Source of the DNA: a candidate division FCPU426 bacterium
GTDB taxonomy: Bacteria; Oederibacteriota; Muellerivitia; Muellerivitales; Muellerivitaceae
Assembly (NCBI GenBank): GCA_027452205.1
Contig: DAIDGV010000015.1
Coordinates: 84,171 to 148,170, forward strand
Direction of reading: 5' to 3'
Length of the DNA: 64,000 bases
Shown here: one piece after another, positions 35,895-45,285 of the stretch
Layout: each line of letters opens with the position of its first letter
Numbering within the stretch: position 1 is the first letter of the stretch
The notes under the pieces: model-generated
Databases searched by the model: none
What the model was told of the DNA's origin: nothing
Seen by the model: the letters and a program-made list of their open reading frames with translations, nothing else
Position numbers and translations under genes: made by a program

Positions 35895-36722
35895 TTAAGG
35901 AATATTGGTCATGGCGCTGGCTTCATAACTTCTTTTTTCGGCCATAGCTTCGATGAAACAAAGGTAATTTCCCGCCGGCATGGGCCTGTCTTCCTCATCC
36001 TTCCCATCCCAATAGATCTCGTGTTCTCCGGGGTTCAGATTTTCCCCATGTTCATGCTTATCGTAATTGAACTGGCGCACCAGCCGGAATCCGGTCGTGA
36101 AGATCTTCACGTCCACCTCCTTGGCTTTGAAGGTAGAATCCCACTTGAACTTGATCTTGCCGTCCGGCTCGGGCTTGGCTGAAACCGTGAACCAAACCAC
36201 ACCGGGCGTCGAAGTAAGGGTCGGGGTCATGGTGTAGGTCGGTGTGAAGGTTTTGGTCGGAAAAGTACCCGTTACGGTGGCCGTGTTGGTGTGGGTCGCG
36301 GTTGGCGTATTGGTTTTGGTCGGCAAAGTGCCTGTGGCGGTTTCGGTAGGAGTGTTGATGGTCGGTGTCGGGGTGATGGTAAAAGTATGGGTGGCTGTAA
36401 AGGTGTGGGTAGGGGACGGGGTGAAAGTATATGTTGGCAAAGTGCCTGTCACGGTCGGCGTATAGGTTTTCGTCACTGTAAAGGTCTTTGTGATCGTAAA
36501 TGTCCGAGTGAAGGTGGCGGTATAGGTATTGGTCGGCCGGGTTCCCGTTGCCGTACAAGTAAAGGTATTGGTCGGCGTATAAGAAGGGGTATATGACGGC
36601 GTGAAAGTATTCGAAGGAGCTACCATCGTCCAAGTTGCCGAATTGGCAGGAGCGTTGGTCGGCACAGTTTGCGCGTTCGAAAAAGCGGTGACCAATAAAA
36701 AAATAAAAAAGTACTTTTTCAA
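35895..36722 (-). CDS. Secreted Thr-X repeat protein with a FlgD-Ig-like/T9SS-type C-terminal domain
   Basis: 275 aa. TTG start with GGGAGAG SD. Signal peptide ending FSNAQ. TxT array over residues ~38-173. The C-terminus contains [28 protein letters not shown]. Confidence 0.8.
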   Translation of the reverse strand: MKKYFFIFLLVTAFSNAQTVPTNAPANSATWTMVAPSNTFTPSYTPSYTPTNTFTCTATGTRPTNTYTATFTRTFTITKTFTVTKTYTPTVTGTLPTYTFTPSPTHTFTATHTFTITPTPTINTPTETATGTLPTKTNTPTATHTNTATVTGTFPTKTFTPTYTMTPTLTSTPGVVWFTVSAKPEPDGKIKFKWDSTFKAKEVDVKIFTTGFRLVRQFNYDKHEHGENLNPGEHEIYWDGKDEEDRPMPAGNYLCFIEAMAEKRSYEASAMTNIP

Positions 36723-36732
36723 ACGCTCTCCC

Positions 36733-37803
36733 TTATTTCAACCGCTTCACGACCGCCGCGCCCATTTCGGAACAAGTCACCGCCTTCTCGCCCTTCTTGG
36801 CCAGATCCGCGGTGCGAAGGCCTTCATTCAAGACCGTTTCGACGGCCGTCTCGATGGCATCGGACTCTTTCTGCAATTTAAAACTGTATTTAAGCATCAT
36901 CGCCACCGACAGGATCATAGCAAGGGGGTTGGCCTTGCCGGTTCCCGCGATATCCGGAGCCGATCCGTGGGACGGCTCATAAAGACCGACTTTGCCGCCC
37001 AAAGAGGCGGAGGGTAACATACCCAAAGACCCGGTCAGCATCGAGGCTTCGTCCGAAAGAATGTCACCGAACATATTGGTCGTTACCATCACATCAAAGC
37101 TCTTAGGTTTCAAGATGAGCTGCATGGCGGCGTTATCGACGATCTGGTGTTCAAAAGAAACATCCGGATAACCCTTGGCCACCTCATCGGCCACGTCATG
37201 CCACAAACGGGAGGATTCAAGAACGTTGAATTTGTCCACACTGGTCACCTTCTTGCGGCGCAGTTGGGCCAATTCAAAGGCCAGCTTCACGATACGTTCC
37301 ACTTCCGGTGTACGGTATATCTCCGTATTCACTCCATAGCGCTCTTTTCCTTCGCCGAAAATACCGCGCGGCTCGCCGAAATAGATGCCCGAGATGAGCT
37401 CGCGGACGATGAGCATATCCACTCCATCGATGACCTCGGTCTTGAGCGTGGAAGCGTCCTTCAAGGCGTTGAAAAGCTTCACCGGACGCAGATTGGCGTA
37501 AAGGTCCAGGCCCTTGCGCAGGCCCAAAATGCCCGCTTCGGGACGTTTTTTATTCTCGATCTTGTCCCACTTCGGGCCGCCCATGGGGGCCTTCAGGACC
37601 GCCTGGGCATTTTGGCAGGCTTTCAAGGTATGGTCAGGTAAGGGATTATCGAACTTGTCGATCGCGATCCCGCCCGCGTCTTGGTGTTCATACTCGAACT
37701 GATGGCCATAGATCTCGCCTACCCGGTTCAGGACTTTTTTGGATTCTTCGCAGATCTCCGGGCCAATGCCGTCACCAGACAGGACAACGATGTGGTATTT
37801 CAT
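36733..37803 (-). CDS. leuB: 3-isopropylmalate dehydrogenase
   Basis: 356 aa. [16 protein letters not shown] start. LeuB-like throughout. Confidence 0.93.
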   Translation of the reverse strand: MKYHIVVLSGDGIGPEICEESKKVLNRVGEIYGHQFEYEHQDAGGIAIDKFDNPLPDHTLKACQNAQAVLKAPMGGPKWDKIENKKRPEAGILGLRKGLDLYANLRPVKLFNALKDASTLKTEVIDGVDMLIVRELISGIYFGEPRGIFGEGKERYGVNTEIYRTPEVERIVKLAFELAQLRRKKVTSVDKFNVLESSRLWHDVADEVAKGYPDVSFEHQIVDNAAMQLILKPKSFDVMVTTNMFGDILSDEASMLTGSLGMLPSASLGGKVGLYEPSHGSAPDIAGTGKANPLAMILSVAMMLKYSFKLQKESDAIETAVETVLNEGLRTADLAKKGEKAVTCSEMGAAVVKRLK

Positions 37804-37864
37804 CTTTTCCCTTTACTAGCTTTCTATTTTCATGTCTGTCCATAATCAATTATCAAAAACAAGC

Positions 37865-38266
37865 TCACTCATTTTTTGAATGAAAATCCATGGGATAAGG
37901 CCCATTATCACCAAAGGCTAAAGGTCTATCCGGCAACCAAGTGAATGGAACGATTTCTTCTTTTTTAACATTTAATTTTAATGATAATTCCGGCTCATCC
38001 CAACGATACCAAAGATCCTCAACGTTGATATAGACACTATCCTTGTCTAAAAAATCAAACGTAGTTGTATCGATAGTAAAGCTCGCCCTGTATTCCTGAC
38101 CATTTTTTAAAATAACAATTCCGCCGCAATCATATCGCCTTCCATCAAGAGGTATTTTTGCCTCACCAAAAAATTTAACAGAGCACGGACCAACACATAC
38201 CCAAACATCGTTTTTCTTTTTAAACGTAAAACGAAGTTCATCAGCATCCGCTTCAGTCATTGGCAT
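37865..38266 (-). CDS. Orphan 133-aa protein in an AT-rich insert
   Basis: It is the only ORF of 60 aa or more in this stretch in the supplied track. A stop-free run of this length in AT-rich DNA argues for coding. No family recognised. Confidence 0.55.
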   Translation of the reverse strand: MPMTEADADELRFTFKKKNDVWVCVGPCSVKFFGEAKIPLDGRRYDCGGIVILKNGQEYRASFTIDTTTFDFLDKDSVYINVEDLWYRWDEPELSLKLNVKKEEIVPFTWLPDRPLAFGDNGPYPMDFHSKNE

Positions 38267-38344
38267 ATCAACAATACCAACCTTTAAGTAGGTGGAATAA
38301 AATCATGGCGAGGCCTTTCGACCCCGCCACAATTCAATCTTTAT

Positions 38345-39928
38345 TTAAAGCTTCAAACCCTTTTGGATATCAAACGCGGCCTTAGCGCTTTTCTTGCCAT
38401 TCTTCAAAAGCAACTTATTGACCCCGTTCAAATAAGCCTTGGCTGAAGCCTCGATGATATCCGTCGAAACCCCCCGACCATTAGCCTCGTCGCCGTTCAG
38501 GCCCAAGGTCACCGTCACTTCCCCCTGGGCGTCCCGGCCCTGGGTCAAAGCCTTGATGGAATAATTCTCCAACTTGCCTTTGAAACCAGTGCAACGGTCG
38601 ATGGCGTTGAACACCGCATCCACCGGACCATCGCCGGTCGCGGCTTCTTGGGCTTCCACTTCGCCTTTTTTGATCTTCAAGGTCGCCGTCGGCAAGGTGC
38701 TGCTGCCCGCTGAGATGTGCAAGTAGTTCAATTGGTACAATTCGACCGTTGAGAAGACCTTTTCCTCGACCAGGGCTTCGATGTCCTCGTCATAAACGCT
38801 CTTTTTCTTGTCCGCCAGTTCCTTAAATCGCTCGAATAGCGCGTTGATCGCGGTAGTGTCCAGCGTATACCCCATACCCTCGAGACGCTTGGTGAAAGCG
38901 TGACGGCCCGAATGTTTGCCTAACACCAATCGACTCTCGGGAACCCCGATCTCTTGGGGCGTCATGATCTCGTAGGTCTGGCGGTACTTCAGGATACCGT
39001 CCTGATGGATGCCGCTCTCATGGGCAAAAGCGTTATTGCCCACGATGGCCTTGTTCGGTTGGATCATGAACCCGGTCAGGGTCGAAACCAGGCGGCTGGT
39101 CTTATAGATCTCTTTGGTGTTGATGTTCGTGTGATAAGCGTATTTATCCGCGCGGGTTTTCAGCACCATGACGATCTCTTCCAGGCTGGCGTTACCGGCC
39201 CGCTCCCCGATGCCGTTGATGGTACATTCCACCTGACGGGCACCGTTCTGGATGGCCGAGATGGAATTGGCCACGGCCAAACCCAGGTCGTTATGACAAT
39301 GGACCGAGATGATCGCTTTATTGATGTTTGACACATGATTACGCAGATAGGCCACCATTCGGCCATATTCATCCGGCGTTGTATAACCCACGGTGTCAGG
39401 CACATTGACCGTACGGGCACCATGCTTGATGGCGGTTTCGATCATTTTGGCCAAAAATTCCCATTCAGAACGGGACGCGTCCTGGGCGGAGAATTCCACA
39501 TCGTCCGACAGTTTGCGGGCGAACTTGACCGCGTCCGCGGTCGCTTCTAACGCTTCTTCCCGGGTCTTGCGGAACAAGTGTTTCAGGTGGATATCCGAGG
39601 ACGAAATGAAGGTATGGATGCGTGGCCTTTTCGCGTGTTTCAACGCCTTTCCGCAAGCTTCGATATCCTTCTTCATCGCGCGGGCTAAACCGGCGACAAT
39701 CGTCTTTTTCACGCTCTTGGCGATCTTCTCGACCGCCTCAAAATCGCCCGGCGAGGCCGCCGGGAATCCGGCTTCGATGATATCCACACCCAGTTTCTCC
39801 AACTGGGCGGCGACCTTCAGTTTCTCTTCGGTGTTCAGGCTGGCGCCAGGGGCTTGCTCCCCATCGCGCAGGGTCGTATCGAAAATATAAATTCTTTCGT
39901 TGGTTGCGGTTTCTATGCTCTTTTTCAT
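38345..39928 (-). CDS. leuA: 2-isopropylmalate synthase
   Basis: 527 aa. FDTTLRDGEQ motif and a C-terminal LeuA dimer/regulatory domain. AGGAG SD. Confidence 0.9.
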   Translation of the reverse strand: MKKSIETATNERIYIFDTTLRDGEQAPGASLNTEEKLKVAAQLEKLGVDIIEAGFPAASPGDFEAVEKIAKSVKKTIVAGLARAMKKDIEACGKALKHAKRPRIHTFISSSDIHLKHLFRKTREEALEATADAVKFARKLSDDVEFSAQDASRSEWEFLAKMIETAIKHGARTVNVPDTVGYTTPDEYGRMVAYLRNHVSNINKAIISVHCHNDLGLAVANSISAIQNGARQVECTINGIGERAGNASLEEIVMVLKTRADKYAYHTNINTKEIYKTSRLVSTLTGFMIQPNKAIVGNNAFAHESGIHQDGILKYRQTYEIMTPQEIGVPESRLVLGKHSGRHAFTKRLEGMGYTLDTTAINALFERFKELADKKKSVYDEDIEALVEEKVFSTVELYQLNYLHISAGSSTLPTATLKIKKGEVEAQEAATGDGPVDAVFNAIDRCTGFKGKLENYSIKALTQGRDAQGEVTVTLGLNGDEANGRGVSTDIIEASAKAYLNGVNKLLLKNGKKSAKAAFDIQKGLKL

Positions 39929-39969
39929 GACATTCTCCTCTAAGTCGATCAGTGGGTGATCGATGGGTA

Positions 39970-40833
39970 CTAAGCTGCTTTAGGTTTGATTTTAAAAACT
40001 TTTTTGGTCAGGGCACGGGTGATGCCCCACAAGAGGTAGAAGGTCAACAACGCGAAAGAGGTGAATTGGACCGCATAGACCAGCAGGAATAGTACGACCA
40101 GGATAAAGGCCAGGGTCAGGGGTTTCACCCTTTCCCAGTTCCACTTCTTCAGGCTTGGAAAGGCAATGGTCGAGACCATGACCAGGGCGATAACGATGGT
40201 CATGATGGGAATGCAGGTCAGTTCCACAAAACCGATGTTCTCTTCATACCAGTTCATGACCTTGTTCACGATGATGGTCTTTTCATACCAACCGCTCCAA
40301 TGGGCCAAGAGCACATAGCTGGCCAGCAGCCCCGCCGCCGCGGGCGAAGGCAGGCCGGTAAAGTGGCTCTTTTCCTCGATCTGGGCTTGAACATTGAAGC
40401 GGGCCAGGCGAATGGCCGTACAAACAACGTACAGGAACGTGATGGACAGGCCCAGCACCAGCGGCAGGTACCGAAGGACCGATAAATAAATCAGCAAGGC
40501 CGGGGCTACGCCAAAGCTGATGAGGTCGGACAGGCTGTCGAATTCCATACCGAACTTGGAGGTGGTGCCGGTCGCCCGGGCCACAAAACCATCGGTAAAG
40601 TCAAAAAAGGCCGCCGCGATGATCAACTCGGCGGGAACCACAAAAGGAATGACGCTGTTAGCCTGCAGAGGCAGGGAAAGCGAATCATTGATGGCAAAAA
40701 CAATCGCTAATAAGCCCAGCACCATATTGGCGGCGGTGAGGGTATTGGGCAGCAGATAGATGGATTTACGCAGACGGGAGTTCAGGTTTTTTTCGTCGAC
40801 CTTGGCCCTTGCCCTTGTTTTAGAAGCCGCCAT
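39970..40833 (-). CDS. pssA: CDP-diacylglycerol--serine O-phosphatidyltransferase
   Basis: 287 aa. CDP-alcohol phosphatidyltransferase motif DFTDGFVAR...GMEFDSLSD. Confidence 0.88.
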   Translation of the reverse strand: MAASKTRARAKVDEKNLNSRLRKSIYLLPNTLTAANMVLGLLAIVFAINDSLSLPLQANSVIPFVVPAELIIAAAFFDFTDGFVARATGTTSKFGMEFDSLSDLISFGVAPALLIYLSVLRYLPLVLGLSITFLYVVCTAIRLARFNVQAQIEEKSHFTGLPSPAAAGLLASYVLLAHWSGWYEKTIIVNKVMNWYEENIGFVELTCIPIMTIVIALVMVSTIAFPSLKKWNWERVKPLTLAFILVVLFLLVYAVQFTSFALLTFYLLWGITRALTKKVFKIKPKAA

Positions 40834-41504
40834 TAGAACTCTCCTAGTACCGTCACACCCGCTTTAACTTGGTCCCCTACTTTTACGTTCGATTTGAAAC
40901 TGACCGGCATGAAAACATCCACCCGCGAACCCAGCAAGATGCGCCCAATGCGCTTTCCACGCTGGATACTGTCGCCCGCCTTGGCGGTCGTCACGACCCG
41001 GCGACACAAAAATCCGGCGATCTGTTTGATGACCATTTTACCCTTAGCTTTCCCTTTGCCCTTGAGTTCCACCACCAGATGGGCCTGTTCGTTCACTAGG
41101 TCCGCTTTATCTTCATAGGCGGCCATGAATTCACCCTCGTGATAAATCTTCTTCAGCACTTTGCCGTCAAAAGGCGCCCGTTGAACATGGTTGTTCAGGG
41201 GATTCATGAAGATGGCGATATGGAGCGCGGGCTTCTTTAAGTAGAACTTCTCGGTCGCCTTCTTCACGATGACCACTTTGCCGTCTGCCGGGGACAGCAC
41301 TTGGTTGGCTTTGAGACCCTTCTCCGGGGAACGCTCAAAATCCCGGAAAAAGTTCAGGATCAAAGCGGCGATGACCAACACCACGACGCCTAAAAAGATA
41401 AGGAACCAAATACCCCAGTGAGCGCCGGCGAGCAAAAGCAGCCAACCCCCCGCCAGAACGGGCAGGAACATGCTCCAAGTTTCCGGCATAAATGGCAGTT
41501 TCAT
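40833..41504 (-). CDS. psd: Phosphatidylserine decarboxylase (short, membrane-anchored type)
   Basis: 223 aa from the ATG at 41504. N-terminal TM segments. Candidate LGS self-cleavage site near the C-terminus. Confidence 0.85.
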   Translation of the reverse strand: MKLPFMPETWSMFLPVLAGGWLLLLAGAHWGIWFLIFLGVVVLVIAALILNFFRDFERSPEKGLKANQVLSPADGKVVIVKKATEKFYLKKPALHIAIFMNPLNNHVQRAPFDGKVLKKIYHEGEFMAAYEDKADLVNEQAHLVVELKGKGKAKGKMVIKQIAGFLCRRVVTTAKAGDSIQRGKRIGRILLGSRVDVFMPVSFKSNVKVGDQVKAGVTVLGEF

Positions 41505-41524
41505 GATTCCCTTTCTTGTTAGGT

Positions 41525-41547
41525 CCGCCGGGGTTTTGCCCCGGCGG
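41525..41547 (-). other. GC-rich intercistronic stem-loop between ilvC and psd
   Basis: CCGCCGGGG/CCCCGGCGG perfect 9-bp stem with a 5-nt loop and no U tract. Confidence 0.4.
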
Positions 41548-41558
41548 CCTTTCGACAA

Positions 41559-42548
41559 TTACTTCTTCGACCAACTGAACATGCTGCGGACTTGCTGACC
41601 GACCTTTTCGATCATGTGCTGCGAGTCATTGCGCAGGATCGAGTTGTACAACGGACGGTTCGCTAAATTCTCCAAGATGAACTCACGCGCGAAAGCGCCC
41701 GCTTGGATCTCGGCCAGGATGCGGGCCATTTCATGACGGGTGTTTTCCGTGATGACACGGCGGCCACGGGTGATATCCCCGTATTTGGCCGTGGTGGAGA
41801 TTGCGTCACGCATCCCGGTAATACCCTTTTCGAAGATCAAGTCGGTGATGAGCTTTACCTCATGCAAGCATTCGAAATAGGCCACTTCCGGCTGGTAGCC
41901 GGCATTGACCAGGGTTTCAAAGCCCGAACGGATGAGCTCGGACAAACCACCGCAAAGAACGACTTGTTCACCGAACAGATCGGTTTCGGTCTCTTCTTTG
42001 AAGGTGGTTTCCAAGACCCCGGCGCGAGTTGCACCGATGGCCTTAGCGTAACCCAGGGCCAATTTCAAAGCGTTACCCGTGGCGTTTTGATAGATGGCGA
42101 CGAGAGCCGGAACGCCCTGGCCCGCCGTGTACTGTGTGCGGACCAAGTGGCCCGGGCCTTTGGGGGCGATCATGAACACGTCCACATCCGCCGGAGGAAC
42201 GATCTGTCCGAAGTGGATGTTGAACCCATGCGAGAACATAAGGGCCTTGCCGGCCTTCAAGGACGGAAGGACATCGTTCTTGTAGAGTGAACCTTGCAAA
42301 TCGTCTTGGATGAGGATCTGGATGATGTCGGCCTTGGCCGCCGCTTCCTTGGCGTCATAAGCCTCGAAGCCGTCCGCTTTCGCTTGGGCCTTGGTCTTTT
42401 CCGAACGGGCGCCGATAACGACCTTGATGCCCGAATCTTTCAAGTTCAACGCTTGGTTACGGCCTTGGTTGCCGTAGCCGATGACCGCGAGGGTCTTCCC
42501 TTTCAACGCGTTGAGGTCCGCATCCTGCTCGTAATAGATCTTAGCCAT
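41559..42548 (-). CDS. ilvC: Ketol-acid reductoisomerase
   Basis: 329 aa. [12 protein letters not shown]...GYGNQG. Class I KARI. Confidence 0.95.
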   Translation of the reverse strand: MAKIYYEQDADLNALKGKTLAVIGYGNQGRNQALNLKDSGIKVVIGARSEKTKAQAKADGFEAYDAKEAAAKADIIQILIQDDLQGSLYKNDVLPSLKAGKALMFSHGFNIHFGQIVPPADVDVFMIAPKGPGHLVRTQYTAGQGVPALVAIYQNATGNALKLALGYAKAIGATRAGVLETTFKEETETDLFGEQVVLCGGLSELIRSGFETLVNAGYQPEVAYFECLHEVKLITDLIFEKGITGMRDAISTTAKYGDITRGRRVITENTRHEMARILAEIQAGAFAREFILENLANRPLYNSILRNDSQHMIEKVGQQVRSMFSWSKK

Positions 42549-42587
42549 TTCCTTCTCCTTGCTTTAGTTCTTCGAATTTAATTAAAA

Positions 42588-42605
42588 ATTCAAAATTGAT
42601 AATTC
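42588..42605 (-). repeat. Copy C of the 18-nt AT-rich intergenic motif
   Basis: Plus strand reads ATTCAAAATTGATAATTC, between the ilvN stop and the ilvC start. Confidence 0.7.
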
Positions 42606-42615
42606 AAACTTCCAA

Positions 42616-43158
42616 TCAAAGATTGGATTGCCCAGCCTTACCCGCCTTGACCTTCACCTGCTTTTCGGTTTCTTCATGAACTTTCTTACCGCGGGAAATG
42701 GCCACCTCGCCCGTGCGAACCATTTCCAAGATGCCATAGTTCTTCAACAACTCGACCATGGCGTTGATCTTGCTCTCTTTACCGGTGACCTCGATGATGA
42801 AGCTTTTCAGGGCCACATCGACGATCTTACCGTCGAAACATTGGACGATCTCCATCACCTGGCTGCGGGTATGGGGTTCGGCTTTGACCTTGATGAGGGC
42901 CAAGTCCCGGGCGATGAAATCATCATGGGTCAGGTCGACCACTTTGATGGTATCGATCAGCTTATTGAGCTGCTTTTCCACTTGATCGATCACCCGTTCA
43001 TCGCCGCGCACCACGATGGTGATACGGGAAACTTTCGGGTCGTCCGTGATGCCAACGACCAAACTGTCGATGTTATAACCCCGGGCCGAAAAGAGGTTCG
43101 AAACACGGGACAACACACCTGAATGGTTGTTCACCAAGACCGAGATAGTGTGTCTCAT
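42616..43158 (-). CDS. ilvN: Acetolactate synthase small (regulatory) subunit
   Basis: 180 aa. MRHTISVLVNNHSGVLSRVSNLFSARGYNI ACT domain. ATGA overlap with ilvB. Confidence 0.92.
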   Translation of the reverse strand: MRHTISVLVNNHSGVLSRVSNLFSARGYNIDSLVVGITDDPKVSRITIVVRGDERVIDQVEKQLNKLIDTIKVVDLTHDDFIARDLALIKVKAEPHTRSQVMEIVQCFDGKIVDVALKSFIIEVTGKESKINAMVELLKNYGILEMVRTGEVAISRGKKVHEETEKQVKVKAGKAGQSNL

Positions 43159-44912
43159 TTTTTTCCTCCCTTAGCGCGAGCGGCCGCGCGTTCCGCCGCC
43201 ACACGTTCTTGATCATGTTCTTTTGAAAGCACCATATCCGTATTGGCGCCGCCAGCAGGCACCATCGGATAAACGTGTTCTTCCACGTCCACCGCGATAT
43301 CCACGATGCAAGGTTCTTTGCTCTTGAAAACTTCGGTCAAAACTTCGGTCACTTCCTCGATAGTCTCCGCGCGATAGCCCTTGATACCGTAGCATTCAGC
43401 CAGTTTCACGAAATCCGGCTGGACCGGGATCGAAGTGGAGGCGTAACGCTTGTCAAAGAACAAGTCTTGCCATTGCTTCACCATGCCCAGGAACTTGTTG
43501 TTCAGGATGATGATCTTCACGTTCAGGTTGTACTGCTTCACGATGGCCAGTTCTTGCATGGTCATTTGGAAACTGCCATCCCCCGCGATGTCGATGACCG
43601 TCGAATCAGGAAAGGCAAAAGCCGCGCCGATAGCCGCCGGAAACCCGAAGCCCATCGTGCCCAAGCCGCCCGAAGTGATCCAACGGCGGGGCTTGTTGAA
43701 CTTGTAATACTGCGCCGCCCACATTTGGTGCTGGCCGACCTCGGTCGTGATGATGGCATCACCCTTGGTCAGACGGTAGATCTCGTCCACCGCGAATTGC
43801 GGCTTCACCGGGCCATTCGCCGGCTGCTTGTAGGCCAAAGGATGCTTTTTTTGCCAAACGTCGATCTGGTCGTACCACTCTTCATAATCTTGGGAACCAA
43901 CTTGCTTGGCAAGAGCGGCCAAAATGGTGTTCATGTCGCCCAGGATATGGGCGTCGACCTTGACGTTCTTTCCAATCGAGGTTGGATCCACGTCGATGTG
44001 GATCTTCTTCGAGTTTGGCGAGAAACCGGACAGCTTGCCTGTCACGCGGTCGTCGAACCGGGCGCCGATGGCGATCAAGAGATCGCAGTGAGTCAGCGTC
44101 ATATTGGCGCGATAGGAACCATGCATGCCCAGCATGTCGATGAATTGACGGTCACCCGCCGGATAAGCGCCCAGGCCCATCAGGGTCAATGTGACCGGGA
44201 TATTGGTCTTGCGCGCGAACTTATACAAGGCTTCCGAAGCGCCGGCATTGATGACACCGCCACCGGCATAGATCAGCGGGCGTTTAGCGTGCTTGATGAG
44301 CTCGGCCATCTTCTCGATCTGGCTCATATCCGCCGTCGGCATCAGTTTGGAGAGAGGAACTGTCGAATGTTTTGGGTAAGGCACTTCGGCTGAGGCCGCG
44401 GCGATATCCTTCGGGATATCCACCAAGACCGGCCCCGGACGACCAGTGCGGGCGATGAAGAAGGCGTCGCGCATGATCTGGGGCAGTTCCTGGATGTTCT
44501 TGACCAAAAAGTTGTGCTTCGTGCAAGAACGGGTGATACCCACCACATCCGCTTCTTGGAAAGCATCGGTGCCGATGAGGGGGGACGGAACTTGGCCGGT
44601 GATGGCGACCAGGGGCACTGAGTCCATATAGGCGTCGGTCAAACCGGTCACGATATTAGTCGCGCCCGGACCCGAAGTGGCGATACAAACGCCCACTTTA
44701 CCGGTGGCCTTGGCGTAACCTTCGGCCATGTGGATGGCGCCTTGTTCATGGCGCGTATCGATCAATTGGATACGGTCACGGTTCTGGTAGAGCGCATCAA
44801 AGATGGGCAGTACGGCCCCGCCGGTCAGGCCCCAGAGCATTTCGACCCCTTCGTCGACCAGCATATCGACCACCATTTGGGCGCCGGTTTTGAGTTTGGT
44901 TTTAGCCATCAT
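43155..44912 (-). CDS. ilvB: Acetolactate synthase large subunit
   Basis: 585 aa. ThDP enzyme motifs (GGLGTMGFG..GDGSF). The start is ATG 44912 or 44909, after GGGAG. Confidence 0.93.
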   Translation of the reverse strand: MMAKTKLKTGAQMVVDMLVDEGVEMLWGLTGGAVLPIFDALYQNRDRIQLIDTRHEQGAIHMAEGYAKATGKVGVCIATSGPGATNIVTGLTDAYMDSVPLVAITGQVPSPLIGTDAFQEADVVGITRSCTKHNFLVKNIQELPQIMRDAFFIARTGRPGPVLVDIPKDIAAASAEVPYPKHSTVPLSKLMPTADMSQIEKMAELIKHAKRPLIYAGGGVINAGASEALYKFARKTNIPVTLTLMGLGAYPAGDRQFIDMLGMHGSYRANMTLTHCDLLIAIGARFDDRVTGKLSGFSPNSKKIHIDVDPTSIGKNVKVDAHILGDMNTILAALAKQVGSQDYEEWYDQIDVWQKKHPLAYKQPANGPVKPQFAVDEIYRLTKGDAIITTEVGQHQMWAAQYYKFNKPRRWITSGGLGTMGFGFPAAIGAAFAFPDSTVIDIAGDGSFQMTMQELAIVKQYNLNVKIIILNNKFLGMVKQWQDLFFDKRYASTSIPVQPDFVKLAECYGIKGYRAETIEEVTEVLTEVFKSKEPCIVDIAVDVEEHVYPMVPAGGANTDMVLSKEHDQERVAAERAAARAKGGKK

Positions 44913-45080
44913 TGTCTCCCTTAAGGTTCCACGCTTTAGACGGCGCGAAAGACCCAGATTTTACAAGTTACAGTGGGCTTTTTCGAGGAATAAACGGGGT
45001 TTTTACGCCCATTTTCCGTTCAAAAAGCCCTGTTTCATACGCGGTTTCGGGGTTTTACTTCGGAGGAAAACTTTGGCCTG

Positions 45081-45126
45081 AAAATAAAAAAGCCGCGGTA
45101 GCCCTTGGAAGCGGGCCCCGCGGCTT
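45081..45126 (-). terminator. Attenuator terminator of the ilv-leu leader
   Basis: Minus strand reads AAGCCGCGG-GGCCCGCTTCCAAGGGCTA-CCGCGGCTT followed by TTTTTTATTTT. It starts 12 nt after the leader-peptide stop. Confidence 0.7.
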
Positions 45127-45137
45127 GGTAGCCGTCG

Positions 45138-45215
45138 TTAGGAGCGAACCGCCTCCGGACGCAAAACTACTACCAATACGAGAAGAAGTAAGGTTGTAGC
45201 CAGTCCGAAGGTCAT
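45138..45215 (-). CDS. ilv-leu leader peptide, 25 aa: MTFGLATTLLLLVLVVVLRPEAVRS
   Basis: ATG 5 nt after AGGAG. Codons 9-18 are ten consecutive Leu/Val codons. TAA stop. Too short to appear in the ORF track. Confidence 0.65.
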   Translation of the reverse strand: MTFGLATTLLLLVLVVVLRPEAVRS

Positions 45216-45249
45216 AACAACTCCTAAAAAAATAACTGCGAGTGAAGGA

Positions 45250-45278
45250 ACTATACTCACCCGCCCAACTAGTGTCAA
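45250..45278 (-). promoter_or_regulatory. Sigma70-type promoter of the ilv-leu leader
   Basis: TTGACA (45278..45273), 17-nt spacer, TATAGT (45255..45250). Confidence 0.6.
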
Positions 45279-45285
45279 GAGAGGC

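Noticed and set aside
44913-45285. A T-box or metabolite riboswitch upstream of ilvB.
   Set aside because: I could not find a T-box consensus or a specifier-loop layout. A promoter, a Leu/Val leader ORF and a terminator explain the upstream half. The downstream 170 nt remains unexplained and is reported separately.
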